The notes under the pieces were generated by a model that searched no databases, had not been told where the DNA came from, and saw only the letters and a program-made list of their open reading frames with translations. A DNA stretch of 64,000 nt from Acidobacteriota bacterium. Its GTDB lineage: Bacteria > Acidobacteriota > UBA4820 > DSQY01. Numbering within the stretch: the stretch's first letter is position 1; the number at the start of each line of letters is the position of its first letter. A program made the position numbers and the translations under genes. This document shows, in pieces, positions 21,302 through 30,947 of the stretch. The stretch covers positions 26,155 to 90,154 of the forward strand of contig JBMFSH010000010.1 of the NCBI GenBank assembly GCA_049967655.1. Reading direction: 5' to 3'.

Positions 21302-21871
21302 ATGGAGCATCAGCCCGCCGAACAGCGCTGGATCGATGCCTTCAGGGCGGGTGACGCGGCGGCCTTCGCCAAAATCATGGAACACTACGAGCCGTATGTT
21401 CTGGGGCTCATCTGGCGGATGACGGGCGATCGCGCCACGGCCGAGGACCTCTGTCAGGAGACCTTCCTGAAGGTCCTCAAGGGCCTCGGCTCCTTCCGGC
21501 GGGGCAGCAGCCTGAAGACGTGGATCTTCAGGATCGCCCACAACGCGGTGGTGGACCACGCGAGGGAGACGGGCCGCGCCGCCGAGCCGCTGGAGGAGTC
21601 CGGCGCCGATGCCTGCCCGCCCGATCCCGCGCCGACGCCCCTCGCGCAGGTGGAGGAGGGTCAGCTCCGCCGGGGGATCGAGGAGGCCATGGGGACCCTG
21701 GCGCCCCGCGAGAGGGAGATCCTGCACCTGCTCTACTGGGACGGCCTCAGCGTGGCGGAGATTGCCGCCGCCTGCACCCTGCCCGAAGGGACGGTGAAGA
21801 CGCTGCTCTTCCGCGCCCGCCGGGCGCTGAGAGACCGGGTGGCCCGAGATCTGATGGAGACTCGCCCATGA
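21302..21871 (+). CDS. ECF RNA polymerase sigma factor
   Basis: AEDLCQETF, TWIFRIAHN, GTVKTLLFRAR motifs. Confidence 0.95.
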   Translation: MEHQPAEQRWIDAFRAGDAAAFAKIMEHYEPYVLGLIWRMTGDRATAEDLCQETFLKVLKGLGSFRRGSSLKTWIFRIAHNAVVDHARETGRAAEPLEESGADACPPDPAPTPLAQVEEGQLRRGIEEAMGTLAPREREILHLLYWDGLSVAEIAAACTLPEGTVKTLLFRARRALRDRVARDLMETRP

Positions 21872-22392
21872 CCTGCCGAGAATGCCTCGACCTGCTCGAC
21901 GGCCTGGAGCCCGGTGCGCCGGTGCCGGAGGCCTGCCGGGAGCACGCGGCCTCCTGCCCCGCCTGCGCCCTGGCCCTGCGGATCGAGGGGAGCCTGCGGG
22001 AGGCGCCCGAGTGGGCCAAACAGCCGCACCTCGCCCTCGAAACGAGGGCCGACCTTCTGGGGCGGGCCCGCGTCGGCCGTCTGTTCTGGCGTCAGGCGGG
22101 GGGGCTCTTCGAGGAGGCCGCTGTCACGGCGCTGACCGTCCTCTCCGTGATCGCGGGGCTGGTGATCCTCTGGCCCAAGCTCTCGGCGGCGCTGGTGCCC
22201 GAGCCGGCGCGGCGGGCCGCGGCGGAGTACCTCGGGCCCGCGGCCAGATACCTCTCCGGCCTTCTCGCCCCGCTCGCTCCGCTCATCCGGGAGCCCTGGG
22301 GGCTGGCGCTCACCGCCGCCGCCCTCTTCTCCATCCTCATGGCCGTCGTCCTCAGCGCCAAAGTTCTCCTCCCCGCCCCGCACTTTCGGTAG
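21868..22392 (+). CDS. Zinc-binding transmembrane anti-sigma factor
   Basis: MTC...HAASCPAC (HxxxCxxC), two TM segments, ATGA overlap with the sigma gene. Confidence 0.85.
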   Translation: MTCRECLDLLDGLEPGAPVPEACREHAASCPACALALRIEGSLREAPEWAKQPHLALETRADLLGRARVGRLFWRQAGGLFEEAAVTALTVLSVIAGLVILWPKLSAALVPEPARRAAAEYLGPAARYLSGLLAPLAPLIREPWGLALTAAALFSILMAVVLSAKVLLPAPHFR

Positions 22393-22462
22393 CACAAGGC
22401 CGCGGGGGAAAGGGCGGTGAAGTGGTCTGTATGGTGAATCCCCAAACTGCTGAGCCGGCTGA

Positions 22463-22485
22463 ATTCCCGCGTTCGCGGGAATGAC
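22463..22485. repeat. ATTCCC-N8-GGGAAT(GAC) palindrome (dRS3/RPE-like)
   Basis: ATTCCCGCGTTCGCGGGAATGAC read directly. Confidence 0.55.
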
Positions 22486-22660
22486 GGGGAGAGGATACGG
22501 CCAGCCGCGAGGGGACCAACGCGGCGCCTTGTGCGGCCCATTTCCCCCTGCCCGGCAGTACCCTCGGCGCCGTGAAAGCGGGAGATCCGGTAAGCATTTA
22601 GGGCCGCGAAGATAGGGGTTTCATTCATCCCGCTTCGTGCCTCGGTGGTAATTCTTCTTT

Positions 22661-22700
22661 CCCCTCTTCTCTCCGTGCTCTCCGTGTGCTCCGTGGTGAA
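22661..22700 (-). repeat. Dispersed repeat TTCACCACGGAG...CACGGAG, copy 2 (inverted)
   Basis: Inverted near-identical copy of 20422-20460. Confidence 0.85.
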
Positions 22701-22715
22701 TGCCCCTCTCTTCGC

Positions 22716-23795
22716 CTACCCCGCAGCGCCCCAGCCGAGGCCGCGGCGGCCCGAGCCGGTCCGGCGGAGGCCCTGGCGGGGGGCGGCGAGGCTGCGGCCG
22801 ACGGCTTCGGCGACGGGGCCGATCTCGTCCATGAGCTGGCGGAACTCGGCGAGGGTGAGGGACTGGTCCCCGTCGGAGAGGGCGCGGTCGGGGTCGGGGT
22901 GCACCTCCACCATGAGGCCGTCGGCTCCGGCGGCGACGGCGGCTCGGGCCATGGGGATGACGGCGGCGCGGCGACCGGTGCCGTGGGAGGGGTCCACGAC
23001 GACCGGCAGGTGGGTGCGGGCCTTCAGGATGGGCACGGCGTTGAGGTCGAGGGTGTTGCGCGTGGCCGTCTCGAAGGTCTTGATGCCGCGCTCGCAGAGG
23101 ATGACGTTGGGGTTGCCCTGGAGCAGGAGATACTCGGCGGCGAGGAGGAACTCGGCTATCCCGGCGGAGGGGCCGCGTTTCAAAAGGGCGGCCTTGCCCG
23201 TGCGTCCCACGGCCTTGAGGAGCGGGAAGTTCTGCATGGAGCGAGCGCCGAGCTGGAAGCAGTCCACGAAGGGGGCCATGGCCTCCACGTCGCCCGGGTC
23301 CATCACCTCGGAGACCACGGGCAGGCCGGCGGCGCGGCCCGCCTCCTGGAGCATCTCCAGGGCCTCGCGGCCGAAGCCCTGGAAGGAATAGGGAGAGGTC
23401 CTCGGCTTGTAGGCGCCGCCCCTGAGCACCGTGGCGCCGTAGGCGGAGACGAAGCGCGCGCAGGTCTGCACCTGCGTGGGGCCCTCCACGGAGCAGGGTC
23501 CGGCCATGACGGCGAGGGCCGGGCCGCCCACGAGGCAGGGGCCGATGGCGACGGTGGTCCTGCCCGGGTTGGCCTCCAGCGAGGCGAGGGCCGGCGTGCT
23601 CTCGCCCGGCTGGACCCACTCCACGCCGGCCATGGCGCGCAGGTTCCCGGCGAAGGCCACACCCGAGCCGAGTCCGGCAAGGAAGCTGCCGAAGGGCAGG
23701 GCCACGGGATGGACCTCGAAGCCGGCTTTGGCGAGGGTCTCGGCGACGGCGCCGCGTTCGGAGGGGGAGGCGGTGGGGCTCATCTTGACGATCAT
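22716..23795 (-). CDS. aroF: DAHP synthase (type I-beta)
   Basis: [34 protein letters not shown] motifs; ATGA overlap with trpA. Confidence 0.95.
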   Translation of the reverse strand: MIVKMSPTASPSERGAVAETLAKAGFEVHPVALPFGSFLAGLGSGVAFAGNLRAMAGVEWVQPGESTPALASLEANPGRTTVAIGPCLVGGPALAVMAGPCSVEGPTQVQTCARFVSAYGATVLRGGAYKPRTSPYSFQGFGREALEMLQEAGRAAGLPVVSEVMDPGDVEAMAPFVDCFQLGARSMQNFPLLKAVGRTGKAALLKRGPSAGIAEFLLAAEYLLLQGNPNVILCERGIKTFETATRNTLDLNAVPILKARTHLPVVVDPSHGTGRRAAVIPMARAAVAAGADGLMVEVHPDPDRALSDGDQSLTLAEFRQLMDEIGPVAEAVGRSLAAPRQGLRRTGSGRRGLGWGAAG

Positions 23796-24652
23796 GGGGT
23801 CTGCTCCTTCCCGGCGCGGGCAGGGGGACTTCCCGCGAGCTGCCGGATGAAATGCTGGGCGGCGCGGCGGGGGTCGCCGGCGCCGGCGGTTTCGAGGTGG
23901 CGGACGAAGGCCGAGCCGACCACGGCGGCCTCGCAGAGGGACCAGAGCCCCTCCACGTCGGCGTGGTCCTTCACGCCGAAGCCCACGGCCACGGGAAGGG
24001 CGGAGACGGCGCGCGCGGCGCCGACCCTTTCGGCCAGGTCCGAACCGGCGCTGCCGTGCGTGCCGGTCACACCCTCGCGGGCCACCACGTAGAGGAAGCC
24101 TCCCCCGTGCGCCGCGATGCGCGCGGCCCGCTCGGGGGTGGTATTGGGGCTGAGGAGGACCACAGGGTCGAGCCCCCCGCGCCGGATCTCGCTGAACCAG
24201 GCGGGCTCCTCCTCGGGCGCGCAATCCAAAAGGAGCAGGCCGTCCGCCCCGGCGTCGCGGGCCCTCCCGAGGAAGCGGTCGAGGCCGAAGGCGAGGACGG
24301 GGTTGGCATAGGTGAAGAGAACCACGGGGAGGTCATTCTCGGCGCGAAGCCGTTCGAGCAGGGAGAGGGTTCCCTCCACCGAGCCGCCCGAGGCCAGCGC
24401 GCGCTGGTGGGCCCGCTGGATCACGGGGCCGTCGGCCACCGGGTCGGAGCAGGGGATGCCGATCTCCAGCGCACGGGCGCCTCCCTCGGCGGCGCCGGCG
24501 GCGGCCTCCAGGAAGGCCTCGGGGGTGGGATCGAAGGCGGTGAGGTAGGGGATCAGGGCGCGGCCAGGAGCCAGCGCTTGCTCCAAGCGGCTGGTGTTCC
24601 TGGGGTGTCGAGACGGGCGCTGGTCGGCGTGGGTAGCGGTGTGCTCTCGCAT
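23792..24652 (-). CDS. trpA: Tryptophan synthase alpha chain
   Basis: [25 protein letters not shown] motifs. Confidence 0.95.
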   Translation of the reverse strand: MREHTATHADQRPSRHPRNTSRLEQALAPGRALIPYLTAFDPTPEAFLEAAAGAAEGGARALEIGIPCSDPVADGPVIQRAHQRALASGGSVEGTLSLLERLRAENDLPVVLFTYANPVLAFGLDRFLGRARDAGADGLLLLDCAPEEEPAWFSEIRRGGLDPVVLLSPNTTPERAARIAAHGGGFLYVVAREGVTGTHGSAGSDLAERVGAARAVSALPVAVGFGVKDHADVEGLWSLCEAAVVGSAFVRHLETAGAGDPRRAAQHFIRQLAGSPPARAGKEQTP

Positions 24653-24662
24653 GGGTGGCTCC

Positions 24663-25898
24663 TCAGCAGAAGGGTCCATGGGCGTCGGGGCCCGCGGCGG
24701 CGGGGCCATCGGTGGAGGCGGCCGAGAGGTTGCCCATGTCCTTGTCCCCGCGGCCCGAGAGGTTCAGGAGCACCCGTGCTTTCGGTCCCAGCTCGGCGGC
24801 CCCGCGCTCCAGCAGGTAAGCCACGGCGTGGGCGCTTTCAAGGGCGGGGATGATGCCCTCCAGCTCGGCAAGCCTGTGGAAGGCGCGCAGAGCCGAGCCG
24901 TCGGGGACGCTCGTGTAGCGCGCCCGCCCCGTGCGGAAGAGGTCGCTGTGCTCGGGCCCAACGGCGGGGTAGTCCAGGCCCGCCGCCACCGACTCGGTGG
25001 ACAGCACCTGGCCATCCGGATCCTGGAGGAGGTAGGTGAAGCAGCCGTGCAGGATGCCCGGCGAGCCCCCCGAGAAGCGGGCTGCGTGGTGGCCCGGCTC
25101 CGGCGAGGAGCCGCCCGCCTCCACCCCCACGAGGGCCACGGCCTCGTCCCCAAGGAAGGCGGAGAAGAGGCCGATGGAGTTCGAGCCACCGCCGACGCAG
25201 GCCACGGCGGCGTCGGGCAGGCGCCCCTCGGCCTCCAGGAACTGTCCGCGGGCCTCTTCGCCGATGACCGATTGGAAGGTGCGCACGATGGCGGGAAAGG
25301 GGCGCGGGCCCAGGGCCGATCCCAGGAGGTAGTGGGTGTCGGAGGGGTGGGCAGCCCAGTCGCGCAGGGCCTCGTTGATGGCCTCCTTGAGAGTGGCCGC
25401 CCCCGACTCCACGGGCTCCACGCGGGCGCCGAGCATGCGCATCCGGGCGACGTTCGGTGCCTGGCGCTCCATGTCGGTGCGGCCCATGTAGACGGTGCAA
25501 GGGAGGCCCAGCAGAGCGCAGGCCGTGGCGGAGGCGACGCCGTGCTGGCCGGCGCCCGTCTCCGCAATGACGCGCCTCTTGCCCATGCGCTTGGCGAGCA
25601 GGGCCTGGCCGAGGGCGTTGTTGATCTTGTGGGAGCCCGTGTGACCGAGGTCCTCACGTTTGAGGTAGACCACGGCGAGCCGTGCCTCGGCGGCGAGGCG
25701 CCCGGCCTTGAAGAGGGGCGTGGGGCGGCCCGAGTAGTCGCGCAGGAGGCGCCGGAAGGAGTCGCGGAAGGGCTCGTCGGCCCACGCCGAGCAAAAGGCC
25801 TCCTCCAGTTCGAGCAGGGGAGCCATGAGGGTCTCCGGTACGAAGCGGCCGCCGAAGGGGCCGAAATCCCGCTGTTGGGTCGTCAGATCGAAGGGCAT
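24663..25898 (-). CDS. trpB: Tryptophan synthase beta chain
   Basis: [28 protein letters not shown] motifs. Confidence 0.97.
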   Translation of the reverse strand: MPFDLTTQQRDFGPFGGRFVPETLMAPLLELEEAFCSAWADEPFRDSFRRLLRDYSGRPTPLFKAGRLAAEARLAVVYLKREDLGHTGSHKINNALGQALLAKRMGKRRVIAETGAGQHGVASATACALLGLPCTVYMGRTDMERQAPNVARMRMLGARVEPVESGAATLKEAINEALRDWAAHPSDTHYLLGSALGPRPFPAIVRTFQSVIGEEARGQFLEAEGRLPDAAVACVGGGSNSIGLFSAFLGDEAVALVGVEAGGSSPEPGHHAARFSGGSPGILHGCFTYLLQDPDGQVLSTESVAAGLDYPAVGPEHSDLFRTGRARYTSVPDGSALRAFHRLAELEGIIPALESAHAVAYLLERGAAELGPKARVLLNLSGRGDKDMGNLSAASTDGPAAAGPDAHGPFC

Positions 25899-26566
25899 GG
25901 GTCACTCCTGAGGGGAATGGTCGGAACGGAAAAGCCGGGCGCCGCAGCGGCCAGTGCGCGGCGAGCTGCCGCGCAGAAGGCCCGGACCCGGCCGGGGTCT
26001 TTCACGCCGGGCGAGGACTCCAGGCCCGTGGCGGCGTCCACGCCGGCGGGGGAGCAGGCTGCCACGGCGGACTCCACGTTGTCCGGCCCGAGCCCGCCCG
26101 CGAGGAGGAAGGGGCGAGGGGCGGAGGCGGCGAGGCTCCAGTCGAAGCGGCGCCCGTTGCCGCCGGCGGCCGGGCCAGGCGCGTCGAGCAGGAGCAGGTG
26201 GCCCCAGGTAGGCGCCGGCAGGGAGCCCGGCAGGGCCCGCCGGGCTTCGAGCAGGCGCCAGCCGGTCCGGGCAAGCTCGCGCCGGAGGGATGGGGCCGGG
26301 GCGGCCGTGAGCTGGAGCCAGCCCGGCGCGAACCCCGCTAGCGACGCGAGGGACGCCGCGTTCAGGGGGGAGAGGACGAGGACGGGCACCAACCCGAGGG
26401 AGCGGGCCGCGCCCTGAAGGCGGGCCATGGATTCGGGCGGAAGGAAGCGCGGACTTCGCTCCCAGCCGTTGAGGCCGGCGTGGGTCGCCCCCGCCAGCGC
26501 GCAGAATTCCAGTTCGCGCTCGGTGCGAATGCCGCAGACCTTGATCCAGGGCCGGCGAGGGCTCAT
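25883..26566 (-). CDS. trpF: Phosphoribosylanthranilate isomerase
   Basis: [24 protein letters not shown] motifs. Confidence 0.9.
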   Translation of the reverse strand: MSPRRPWIKVCGIRTERELEFCALAGATHAGLNGWERSPRFLPPESMARLQGAARSLGLVPVLVLSPLNAASLASLAGFAPGWLQLTAAPAPSLRRELARTGWRLLEARRALPGSLPAPTWGHLLLLDAPGPAAGGNGRRFDWSLAASAPRPFLLAGGLGPDNVESAVAACSPAGVDAATGLESSPGVKDPGRVRAFCAAARRALAAAAPGFSVPTIPLRSDPCPSI

Positions 26567-27369
26567 GCGAACCTCCGGGCCGGTTCGTCCCCGAGGGCCA
26601 GCCGGTAGGTGTGCAACAGCTCGTCGGGACGTTCGGAGCGCATGAGGGTCTCGCCGATGAGAAAGCCGTGGGCGCCGGCGGCCCTCAACTCCACGAGGTC
26701 CCGGTGGGTCCGGATGCCGCTCTCGGCGATGCAGGCGCAGGTCGAGGGACAGCGCGCCGCGAGGCGCTTCACCCGCTCCAGGTCCACCTCGAAGGTGTCG
26801 AGATCGCGCGCGTTGATTCCCACCAGCCGGGCGCCCGAGCCCGAGGCCTCCTCCAGCTCGCTCTCCGCGTGGACCTCCACCAGCGGCTCCAGACCCTGGC
26901 GAAGGCTCTCGGCCACGAAGGCCGCGAGCCGCCCCTCCAGCACCCGGGCGATGAGCAGGACCCAGCGGGCCCCCGCGGCGCGGGCCGTGAGGAGCTGGTA
27001 GGGGTCCACCACGAAATCCTTGTAGAGGACGGGGAGGGGCACGGCGGCCGCCGCGGCCCGCACGTCCGCGTCCGATCCTCGGAAGAAGTCGGGCTCCGCG
27101 AGCACGCTCACGGCCCCGGCTCCGCCCTGAGCGTAGCGGCGCGCGCGGGCGGCCACGTCCACCTCGCCGGCGATGAGCCCCTTGCTCGGAGAGGCGCGCT
27201 TGATCTCGCCGATGAGGAAGCCGCGAGAGGAGCGCACGCCGGGGGCCGGATCGGGGGGAGGAACGGCCGGGCCGAGCCGGCGGTCGAGCTCGGCGGCGGG
27301 CAGGAGGGCCTCGGCTTCCTCCACGCGGCGCATGCGCTGGTTTAAGATCGTCTCAAGATACCTGTGCAC
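26563..27369 (-). CDS. trpC: Indole-3-glycerol phosphate synthase
   Basis: EIKRASPSKG, KDF, LVEVH, GINARDL, ESGI motifs. Confidence 0.94.
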   Translation of the reverse strand: MHRYLETILNQRMRRVEEAEALLPAAELDRRLGPAVPPPDPAPGVRSSRGFLIGEIKRASPSKGLIAGEVDVAARARRYAQGGAGAVSVLAEPDFFRGSDADVRAAAAAVPLPVLYKDFVVDPYQLLTARAAGARWVLLIARVLEGRLAAFVAESLRQGLEPLVEVHAESELEEASGSGARLVGINARDLDTFEVDLERVKRLAARCPSTCACIAESGIRTHRDLVELRAAGAHGFLIGETLMRSERPDELLHTYRLALGDEPARRFA

Positions 27370-28384
27370 GCCGGACCTCCCCGTCGGACGACAGCAGCCG
27401 GTTCAAGAAGCGGGCCACCCGCCCGCCGCCCAGGGCCTCGCGGGCCAGGCCGGCGCCCTCGCGAAGGTCTTCGCACCGGCCCGCCGCTCGGAGTGCGAGG
27501 GCCGCGTTGGCCGCTACCGCGTCCCGCAGGCCGGCTGGCCCCGAGCCCTTCAGGAGAGCGGTGAGCAGCTCGGCGTTGCCGCCCGCGTCTCCGCCCGCCA
27601 GCTCGGACTCGGCGCAAGGGGGCAGGCCGAAGTCGCTCGCGCCCAGCTCGTAGCTCTCCATGCGTCCGTCGCGGATCTCCCGCACGGCCACGCGCCCGTG
27701 CAGGACGGCCTCGTCGTAGCCTCCCTCGCCGTGGATCACAAGGGCGCGCCTCGTGCCGAGGGCCATCAGCGTCCGCGCCATCAGCTCCATGGCCTCGGGG
27801 CGGAAGACGCCGACCACCTGGCGTCCCGCCAAGGCGGGGTTCAATGTGGGGCCGAGGAAATTGAAGGCGGTGCGAACCCCCAGGGCCTTGCGCACCAGGG
27901 CCACGCGGGCCATGGCCGGGTGGTAGAGCGGCGCGAAGAGGAAGACGAAGCCGCAGCGCTCCATGCGGGCGAGGGCCTCCTCGGGCGGCTCCGAGATGGG
28001 GTAGCCCAGGTGTTCCAGGAGGTCCGCCGACCCGCAGCGGCTGGAGATGCTGCGGTTGCCGTGCTTGGCCACGGGGACGCCCAGGGAGGCCACCACCAGG
28101 GCCGCCGCCGTGCTGAGGTTGAAGCTGTGGCGGCCGTCGCCCCCCGTGCCGCAGGTGTCCACGGCCTCGGGGAAGGGCTGGAAGGGCGTGGCCTCGCGCC
28201 GGAAGGCGGAGGCGAGGCCGGAGAGCTCTTCCGCCGTCTCGCCGCGCGCGGCGAGGGCGCCGAGGAAGGCCGCCGTCTGGAGGGGCTCGGCGCGACCCTG
28301 CGCCAGGTCGGTTCCCACGGACTCGGCTTCCGAGGCGGTCAGGCGGCCGCCCCCCGTCACCTTGGCCAGAAGCTCCTTACGCAC
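27353..28384 (-). CDS. trpD: Anthranilate phosphoribosyltransferase
   Basis: DTCGTGGDG, NLST, KHGNRS motifs. Confidence 0.95.
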   Translation of the reverse strand: MRKELLAKVTGGGRLTASEAESVGTDLAQGRAEPLQTAAFLGALAARGETAEELSGLASAFRREATPFQPFPEAVDTCGTGGDGRHSFNLSTAAALVVASLGVPVAKHGNRSISSRCGSADLLEHLGYPISEPPEEALARMERCGFVFLFAPLYHPAMARVALVRKALGVRTAFNFLGPTLNPALAGRQVVGVFRPEAMELMARTLMALGTRRALVIHGEGGYDEAVLHGRVAVREIRDGRMESYELGASDFGLPPCAESELAGGDAGGNAELLTALLKGSGPAGLRDAVAANAALALRAAGRCEDLREGAGLAREALGGGRVARFLNRLLSSDGEVRRAQVS

Positions 28385-28961
28385 GGGCCACCTCCCTGCA
28401 CAGCCCGGCGAAGCGGGCCAGGATCTGCATCCCCTCGGGCGTGAGCACCGACTCGGGGTGGAACTGCACGCCGTGGCAAGGGTAGCGGCGGTGCTGGACC
28501 GCCATGATTTCGCCCTCGGGCGTGGAGCCCTGGACGCGCAACTCTGCCGGGAAGCCCTCGCTGCTCGCGACCAGGGAGTGGTAGCGGCCCGCCGTGAGGG
28601 GGCTGGGCAGGCCGGAGAGCAGGCCGCTGCCGTCGTGGAGCACGGGCGAGGTCTTCCCGTGCATGGGGCGGGAGGCCCGCCCGACCCTTCCGCCGAAGGC
28701 CTCGACGATGACCTGGTGGCCCAGACAGACGCCCAGGATGGGGACCTCGGGGGCCAGCTCCGCGACCACCCGAGGGCAGATGCCCGCGTCGGCTGGGGCG
28801 CCGGGGCCGGGGGAGAGAACGATGCCCGAGGGCTTCAGCGCGCGGATCTCGTCGGTCGAGATGTCGTCATTGCGCACCACGCGGAGGTCGGGCTCCAACG
28901 TCCCGATCATGGAGACGAGGTTGTAGGTGAAGGAATCGTAGTTATCGATGAAAAGGATCAT
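28377..28961 (-). CDS. trpG: Anthranilate synthase component II (glutamine amidotransferase)
   Basis: IDNYDSFT, SPGPG, GVCLGHQ, QFHPES motifs. Confidence 0.95.
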   Translation of the reverse strand: MILFIDNYDSFTYNLVSMIGTLEPDLRVVRNDDISTDEIRALKPSGIVLSPGPGAPADAGICPRVVAELAPEVPILGVCLGHQVIVEAFGGRVGRASRPMHGKTSPVLHDGSGLLSGLPSPLTAGRYHSLVASSEGFPAELRVQGSTPEGEIMAVQHRRYPCHGVQFHPESVLTPEGMQILARFAGLCREVARA

Positions 28962-28995
28962 GGGACTGCTCCTTCGCAACAGACGGCCGATGGGG

Positions 28996-29100
28996 CGAGA
29001 TTCCGAGATGCCGAAATGAGGAGATGAGGTGATGAGGGGATGAGGAAAGACAGAGGCGCGGGCTGGCAGTATTCCCGCATCTCGGCATCTCGAAATCCCG
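28996..29100. repeat. Imperfect ~29-bp inverted repeat of GAGATGCC-like octamers enclosing GATGAGG repeats
   Basis: 28996-29024 versus the reverse complement of 29072-29100. Confidence 0.75.
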
Positions 29101-30528
29101 TCATCGCGCCTCTCCGCCCAGCGCGTCGAGCAGGGCGCCGGCCTTGTGGTGAATCTCCTTCCATTCGCTCTCGGGCTGGGAGTCGGCCACGATGCCGGCT
29201 CCCGCCCGGAAGCGGACCCGCCCTCCGGCGAATTCGAAGGTCCGGATGGCGATGCAGGTCTCCAGGTTGCCCGCCGTGTCGAGGATGCCCACGGCGCCTC
29301 CGTAGACGCCGCGGTCCTGCGCCTCCAGCCCGCTCAGGACCTCGACGGCTCTGATCTTGGGGGCGCCGCTCACGGTGCCCGCCGGGAAGGTGCTCCAGAG
29401 CGCGTCGAGCCCGCTTCTTCCCTCCGCCAGCGTCCCGTGGACCTCCGAGGTGATGTGCATGACGTGCGAGAATCGCTCCACGACGGCCTGGACGGGGACG
29501 CCCACGGAGCCGAACTCGCAGACGCGGCCCAGGTCGTTGCGGGCCAAGTCCACGAGCATGGCGTGCTCGGCCAGCTCCTTGGGGTCCTGGAGGAGCTCGC
29601 GTTCGAGGCGGCGGTCCTCCTCTGGAGTCCCGCCACGGGGCCGCGTGCCGGCGATGGGGATGGTGGTAGCCGAACGTCCCTCCACGCGCAGGAGCATCTC
29701 GGGCGAGGCCCCCACCACCTGCCGCCCGCCGAGGGAGACGTAGAAGTGGTAGGGCGAGGGGTTGAGGCGCCTCAGACGCCGGTAGACCTCGAAGGGGTCG
29801 CCCTCGAAGGGGCCGCCGAAGGGTTCGGAGACCACCACCTGGTAGGTGTCGCCCGCGAGGATGCGCTCCTTGACGGCGGCGATGTTCCGCGTGAAGCGCT
29901 CGCGGTCAGGCCTCTCCTCGGGCACCCAGCGCGGCGGCGGGGGGGGAGCGGGCAGGGGCCTCTCGAGCTTCTGCTGGATGGAGCGGAGCTGCGCGAGGGC
30001 CGCGCTCTCCTCCTCCTGGGGCGCCGGAAGGCGGTAGAGGTGGCACTCCTGGCGGAGGTGGTCGAAGATCACGCCGGTCGTGAAGAGGCCGAAGACGATG
30101 CGGGGATCCCTCGTGGGCGGCAGGGACCGCTCCAGCACGGGCTCGGCCATGGAGAAGGCGGAGAAGTCCACCCAGCCCACCGCGCCGCCCATGTAGGGGA
30201 TGGGAGGCTCGGCCCACCGGGAGGAGAAGCCGCCGACCCAGCGGGCGAAAGCCTGGCGCGCCGAGCCGGCCAGGGGGATGCTCTCGGAGCCCCGGCGGAG
30301 CCTCGCTGAGCCGTCCGCCTCGAAGACCTCGGCCGGGTGAAGGCCCAGGAAGGAGTAACGCGCCTGCGTTTCGCCGCCCGCCACGGACTCCAGCAGGAAC
30401 GCCTCCTCGCCGGGTCCGGTGAGGGCCAGGAAGGCGCGGACGGGGGTGAGCAGGTCCCCCGGAATCCGCAGGCGGACGATCTGCCTGGGTTGCGCGGCCG
30501 GGCGCCGGTCGGTCTCCGATTGGGGCAT
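29101..30528 (-). CDS. trpE: Anthranilate synthase component I
   Basis: LLES, NPSPY, PIAGT, EHAMLVDLARND, GAPKIRA motifs. Confidence 0.95.
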   Translation of the reverse strand: MPQSETDRRPAAQPRQIVRLRIPGDLLTPVRAFLALTGPGEEAFLLESVAGGETQARYSFLGLHPAEVFEADGSARLRRGSESIPLAGSARQAFARWVGGFSSRWAEPPIPYMGGAVGWVDFSAFSMAEPVLERSLPPTRDPRIVFGLFTTGVIFDHLRQECHLYRLPAPQEEESAALAQLRSIQQKLERPLPAPPPPPRWVPEERPDRERFTRNIAAVKERILAGDTYQVVVSEPFGGPFEGDPFEVYRRLRRLNPSPYHFYVSLGGRQVVGASPEMLLRVEGRSATTIPIAGTRPRGGTPEEDRRLERELLQDPKELAEHAMLVDLARNDLGRVCEFGSVGVPVQAVVERFSHVMHITSEVHGTLAEGRSGLDALWSTFPAGTVSGAPKIRAVEVLSGLEAQDRGVYGGAVGILDTAGNLETCIAIRTFEFAGGRVRFRAGAGIVADSQPESEWKEIHHKAGALLDALGGEAR

Positions 30529-30559
30529 CTTCGCATCCTCCGCCCGCCCTCGCGGGCAC

Positions 30560-30588
30560 AAAAAAAGGCCCACCGTTTCCGGTGGGCC
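30560..30588 (-). terminator. trp attenuator terminator hairpin
   Basis: GGCCCACCG-GAAA-CGGTGGGCC followed by T7, 31 nt upstream of trpE. Confidence 0.9.
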
Positions 30589-30611
30589 GGGTGTTTGGCG
30601 AATGGTGGCGC

Positions 30612-30668
30612 CTAGGCGGCCGCCATCCTCTCGCGCACACCCAGCCCGCCGTACCACCAATAGTTCAT
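30612..30668 (-). CDS. trpL: trp operon leader peptide MNYWWYGGLGVRERMAAA
   Basis: Tandem Trp codons in an 18-aa ORF immediately upstream of the terminator hairpin. Confidence 0.82.
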   Translation of the reverse strand: MNYWWYGGLGVRERMAAA

Positions 30669-30790
30669 GTTGGTCGTCGCGATCTGGGTGTACGCCACTT
30701 CTGCCTTCCTCCAGGCGAGAGGATAGGCCAAAGTAGTGCTGCTGTCAAGAGGGGGAGCTTGAATTCGGAAGGTGGAAGGAGAAGATATAA

Positions 30791-30811
30791 ACCACCAAGA
30801 CACCAAGGCAC
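30791..30811 (+). repeat. Dispersed repeat ACCACCAAGACACCAAGGCAC, copy 1
   Basis: Identical to the reverse complement of 55317-55337. Confidence 0.85.
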
Positions 30812-30947
30812 TGAGGAATTGGGATTTGAGAATTGGGGAAACCCAGGCGAGGGCTCCCACACCGGCGGGAAATCCATCGCCGAATTTGGGCGTCCAGCAT
30901 CTCGCGGCCCGCGACCAGCGACGCGGCAGCTGTTTTCAGGCCGGCGT

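Noticed and set aside
23796..24224. Long N-terminal extension or fusion on the DAHP synthase
   Set aside because: Overlaps trpA in another frame; ATGA coupling supports the 23795 start
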